From NCBI GenBank assembly GCA_030704615.1, contig CM060731.1:90458001-90522000 (forward strand): 64,000 nucleotides of DNA, given 5' to 3'. Positions 63,041 through 64,000 of the stretch are shown here, in pieces. Position 1 is the stretch's first letter; each line of letters begins with the position of its first letter. The translations under genes were made by a program, and so were the position numbers. Source of the DNA: Takakia lepidozioides. Taxonomy: Eukaryota > Plantae > Bryophyta. Under the pieces are notes generated by a model that saw only the letters and a list, made by a program, of their open reading frames with translations, ran no database searches and was not told the DNA's origin.

Positions 63041-64000
63041 CCCTTTTTTTTTGCTGCTCACAAAAATAAACAAACCACAAGGGAGAGAGGGTGCAGAAAA
63101 AGTTAAAAAGAGAGAGGGAGAGGGAGAGAGACAAAAGAGATGGAGGGAGTGGGAAGAAATTCACGTCATGTCAAGACATGGACAAGACCCATAAGGGTCA
63201 TTGTCAATTAAAGACATGCCCAAGTAGGACTGCTTGGTGGCATATTGTGATTCTGACAAACTGCAGGCTAGTCCTTATGCCTTGGCTGATGCATGATTTG
63301 TCATAATTAATGGCTGAAAAGGTAAGTTGCTGCAACCCGTGGGTCATGTCCAAGATGTATCTATGAAAACGTGTCTTGAAATGGTAATAGGGCAAGCTGG
63401 ACCATGGTACTTTGCCCTTTGCATAACCTCAACACTTTTGTGCTCCTTCAATACATGACCTGCTAGTAAGGTTTGTGTGCAGGCTGAACCAAGAAGCCTT
63501 ACAGCTTGCACAGGGGCAGCAATATCTTATCTTGTCCCACACAAGAACAAACCCCGCCCTCCCACCCTGTTTTGTCTTAGATGATTGGGTGTTGTCATTT
63601 GGGATGATTTGACAAGACTGGAAGTGTGAGATAGTGCCCTATCATGTCAAGGGAATGTGAATTCAGCCTGTCAAATTGCAAGTTCAAGACTTATACATAC
63701 AAGCAACTTGAACAACCGAGATCCAACCTCTTTTGCATATAAAAAAACCAGATTGCAGGTCATAGGCCTGACGTCATGACAAAACCAAAACTATAGGTAG
63801 GATCCCATTGCAGCTTACCATCCTCATCCTTCAAGAGTTCCATGCTAAAGCATGCAAAGAACACCTCACTATGATCCAGTACTCATCAGAAACAGGCCCG
63901 AAAAGGAGCAGGTCGGTGCCTTATCAGGCTGCTGCCATAACATTCAAGGCCACCATGTCCATAGAGACCCAAAACCGCCAAAAACATACCACCTAAAACC

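Noticed and set aside
60306-64000. Short ORFs downstream of the host gene, including those over (TC)n/(GA)n and poly-C/T tracts
   Set aside because: Low-complexity or UTR/promoter-like sequence with no recognisable domains.

Overview
Eukaryotic, intron-containing DNA, most likely a land plant or other streptophyte (an NPH3/BTB gene is present; the exact lineage cannot be fixed from sequence). About 55 kb is nested, decayed transposon sequence, followed by one intact 4-exon host gene (BTB/POZ-NPH3-like, 57028-60305). All domain calls are by-eye motif matches and need HMM or structure confirmation. (1) Three related large Mutator-like (MULE) DNA transposon families, called A, B and C here. A and B show CATGAG-rich termini (B has a perfect 9-bp TSD); GCM/WRKY-like, MULE DDE and SWIM transposase parts are spread across the copies. 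Each family carries, on the opposite strand, a multi-exon cargo gene with a bacterial-type beta-class amino-methyltransferase (N4C/N6A) fold; in family A a ParB/Srx-like DGNHR domain precedes it. Each family also has its own arrays of a palindromic motif. This is the best candidate for an undescribed system, resembling a VANDAL/VANC-like self-marking or anti-silencing module built from prokaryotic-type parts. (2) Two copies of a Dualen/RandI-like non-LTR element whose composite domain order is APE - RT - chromodomain - PCIF1/CAPAM-like adenine methyltransferase fold - RNase H - CCHC - restriction-like endonuclease. (3) A CACTA/EnSpm transposase remnant flanked by two SET-domain genes. Also present are a Ty3/gypsy remnant with LTR and PPT, three tandem mini F-box ORFs and small repeats. 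Nearly all TE coding sequence is pseudogenised. No rRNA, tRNA or CRISPR array was seen.
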